A DNA stretch of 63,868 bases, counting the filler, from Octopus bimaculoides (lineage: Eukaryota), in NCBI RefSeq assembly GCF_001194135.2. It is 4 parts of 4 records of this genome, joined end to end, with 100 filler letters (N's around TTAATTAATTAA, not from the genome) between each part and the next. Parts side by side here need not be neighbours in the genome. Positions count along the whole stretch, not along the records: positions 31,419 to 61,509 come from NC_068988.1; positions 61,610 to 63,868 come from NW_026394395.1; 2 more parts are not named here. The stretch is one strand, 5' to 3'. The notes beneath the pieces were generated by a model that saw only the letters and a program-made list of their open reading frames with translations, made no database searches and was not told the origin of the DNA. A program made the translations under genes and the position numbers. Each line of letters opens with the position of its first letter. Position 1 is the first letter of the stretch. Shown here piece by piece: positions 61,423 to 63,868 of this stretch.

Positions 61423-61879
61423 GGGAGAATATACAAAAAATAACAACAGCCGAGGACAGGTGGTGTAAATAACAAAAGTATATATTAGTATGACGCTCGG
61501 GAATACGGANNNNNNNNNNNNNNNNNNNNNNNNNNNNNNNNNNNNNNNNNNNNTTAATTAATTAANNNNNNNNNNNNNNNNNNNNNNNNNNNNNNNNNNN
61601 NNNNNNNNNTATATACATGGTAAGATTGTGCCACTGACTGTGTCATCGTTACGATAAATATTTTGATACGCTTGAGACAATGTTTGCGTAAATTGAACAG
61701 TTTTCTGATTTTTATATTATTCGCTCTAAAACTTAATATTGTATATGTATATACATACACACACACATATATATATATAGACGTTTGCAGATGTATGTGT
61801 TTGTGCTAGTGCGCGCACGCGTGTATACATATCTTTTTTTTATATATACATACATATATGGGTAAATGTTGAATGTGTA

Positions 61880-62145
61880 AAGACCCTCGTTGTTCATGAA
61901 TGGTCATGAGATTGCACCGAGAAGATTCCCCTCAGAACTCAAATCCGGGCACGGCGGGTTATGGGGTTATAACAATTTCCTATACATACAGGCCTCTTCT
62001 CTCCACACCACTGAAGTTATCCAAGAAAAAGGCAAAGGCTGATACAGCTTGGCACCAGTGACATCGCAACTCATTTCTACGGCTGAGTAAACTGGAAAAG
62101 CGTAAAATAAAATATCTTGTTCAAGAGCACAACACGCAACCCTGT
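61880..62145 (-). mobile_element. SINE body (head truncated)
   Basis: GATACAGCTTGGCACCAGTGACATCGCAACTCATTTCTAC.GCTGAG..TCTTGTTCAAGAGCACAAC, related to 4830-5050 and 51565-51700. Confidence 0.7.
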
Positions 62146-63028
62146 CGTATGCATATATGCATATATATGCGTATTATATATGTATATACATACATACATA
62201 CATACATATATATANNNNNNNNNNNNNNNNNNNNNNNNNNNNNNNNNNNNNNNNNNNNNNNNNNNNNNNNNNNNNNNNNNNNNNNNNNNNNNNNNNNNNN
62301 NNNNNNNNNNNNNNNNNNNNNNNNNNNNNNNNNNNNNNNNNNNNNNNNNNNNNNNNNNNNNNNNNNNNNNNNNNNNNNNNNNNNNNNNNNNNNNNNNNNN
62401 NNNNNNNNNNNNNNNNNNNNNNNNNNNNNNNNNNNNNNNNNNNNNNNNNNNNNNNNNNNNNNNNNNNNNNNNNNNNNNNNNNNNNNNNNNNNNNNNNNNN
62501 NNNNNNNNNNNNNNNNNNNNNNNNNNNNNNNNNNNNNNNNNNNNNNNNNNNNNNNNNNNNNNNNNNNNNNNNNNNNNNNNNNNNNNNNNNNNNNNNNNNN
62601 NNNNNNNNNNNNNNNNNNNNNNNNNNNNNNNNNNNNNNNNNNNNNNNNNNNNNNNNNNNNNNNNNNNNNNNNNNNNNNNNNNNNNNNNNNNNNNNNNNNN
62701 NNNNNNNNNNNNNNNNNNNNNNNNNNNNNNNNNNNNNNNNNNNNNNNNNNNNNNNNNNNNNNNNNNNNNNNNNNNNNNNNNNNNNNNNNNNNNNNNNNNN
62801 NNNNNNNNNNNNNNNNNNNNNNNNNNNNNNNNNNNNNNNNNNNNNNNNNNNNNNNNNNNNNNNNNNNNNNNNNNNNNNNNNNNNNNNNNNNNNNNNNNNN
62901 NNNNNNNNNNNNNNNNNNNNNNNNNNNNNNNNNNNNNNNNNNNNNNNNNNNNNNNNNNNNNNNNNNNNNNNNNNNNNNNNNNNNNNNNNNNNNNNNNNNN
63001 NNNNNNNNNNNNNNNNNNNNNNNNNNNG

Positions 63029-63459
63029 GTGGTGGTGGTGGTGGTGGTGGTGGTGGTAGGCAGAGAAGTGGTGATGGTAATGGTATTTGTACTGATGGTG
63101 GTAGTTGTGGTGACGACGGCGGTGTGGGTGATAGCAGTAGTGGTAGTAGTAGCAGTAGAAGTAGTAATTGATATAGTAGTAGTAGTAGCAGTAGCAAGAA
63201 TAGCATTAGTAGTAGAAGTAGTAGAAGTAGTAGTAGCAGCAGCAAGAATAGTAGTCGTAGTGGCAGCAGCAGCAGTAGCAGCAGCAGTAGTAGTAGTAGT
63301 AGTAGTTGTTGTAGTAGTAGTAATAGCGGTAGAAGTTGGAGCAGTAGTAGTATTAGTAGTAGTAAATATGGCGCTGGTATTTGCATCGCTCATTTGATAT
63401 TACTCCGCATTTATGTTTATATTAGGGAGCAGAATGATTATTACCTGAGGTGGTGGTAC

Positions 63460-63510
<51 letters not shown>

Positions 63511-63640
63511 CATTAGTAGTAATAGTTGTAGCAGCAGCCGTATTAGAAGTAGTAGCAGTAGACATGTTTGTATTAATGGCGTTGATGGTGTTGTTGTTGT
63601 TGTTGTTGTTGTGGCGGTGGTGGTGGGAGTGGTGGAGCTA
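63029..63640. repeat. Degenerate (GGT/TAG/CAG/TTG)n trinucleotide region
   Basis: Read directly from the sequence; source of the poly-V/T/L ORFs. Confidence 0.92.
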
Positions 63641-63868
63641 CCAGTGGTGCATACCTACGTTGGTGTAGTGTTGGGTATACATTTCTTCTTGCTTGCTCTT
63701 GTTGTTTAAGACTTAAGCGAAGCTCGATCGTGAGTAGGTCCAAAGTGATGGTTACTCCACTGATGACCATCCAGATTGAAAATGCTCCACCTTTTCTTCA
63801 TTATTTGATTCCCGTTCCACTTATACGTTTCATTAACCTCCCAGAGCGTTTGCTATTTCCACTCCAAC

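Noticed and set aside
665-63770. Most long ORF-track entries (poly-YI, CV, HT, I, N, L, V and X-filled ORFs)
   Set aside because: They are translations of di-, tri- and tetranucleotide microsatellites or N gaps, not genes.
63735-63775. CTGATGA..GAAA motif
   Set aside because: No stem I or stem III pairing and no properly placed UH.

Overview
This is AT-rich eukaryotic draft-scaffold DNA, about 9% N by my tally. The microsatellite load and the SINE/LINE repertoire look cephalopod (Octopus-like); that is an inference, not a database result. No intact multi-exon host gene, rRNA, true tRNA or CRISPR array is visible, and nearly all long ORF-track entries are microsatellite or N-gap artefacts. 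The window is a mosaic of decayed mobile elements: RTE LINEs, RLE-type (R4/Dong/NeSL-like) non-LTR elements, a CR1/L2 3' end, Penelope-like pieces, several tRNA-derived SINE families and Tc1/mariner derivatives. The most interesting observations are: (1) four minimal type-I hammerhead-ribozyme-like motifs, one nearly intact (44930-44978, minus strand); (2) a head-to-tail stack of L1/Tx1-like elements, two of which run from ORF1 straight into a poly(A) signal with no ORF2 (HAL1-like), one disrupted by a 19-bp minisatellite that arose from its own coding sequence; (3) an RTE family ending in three C2H2 fingers; (4) a fold-back mariner derivative keeping only the DNA-binding domain; (5) a LINE/SINE pair sharing a 3' stem-loop; (6) (TAA)n-flanked R4/Dong-like and non-coding elements; and (7) a candidate first coding exon with promoter motifs at about 29.1 kb (minus strand), plus a few weaker exon candidates.
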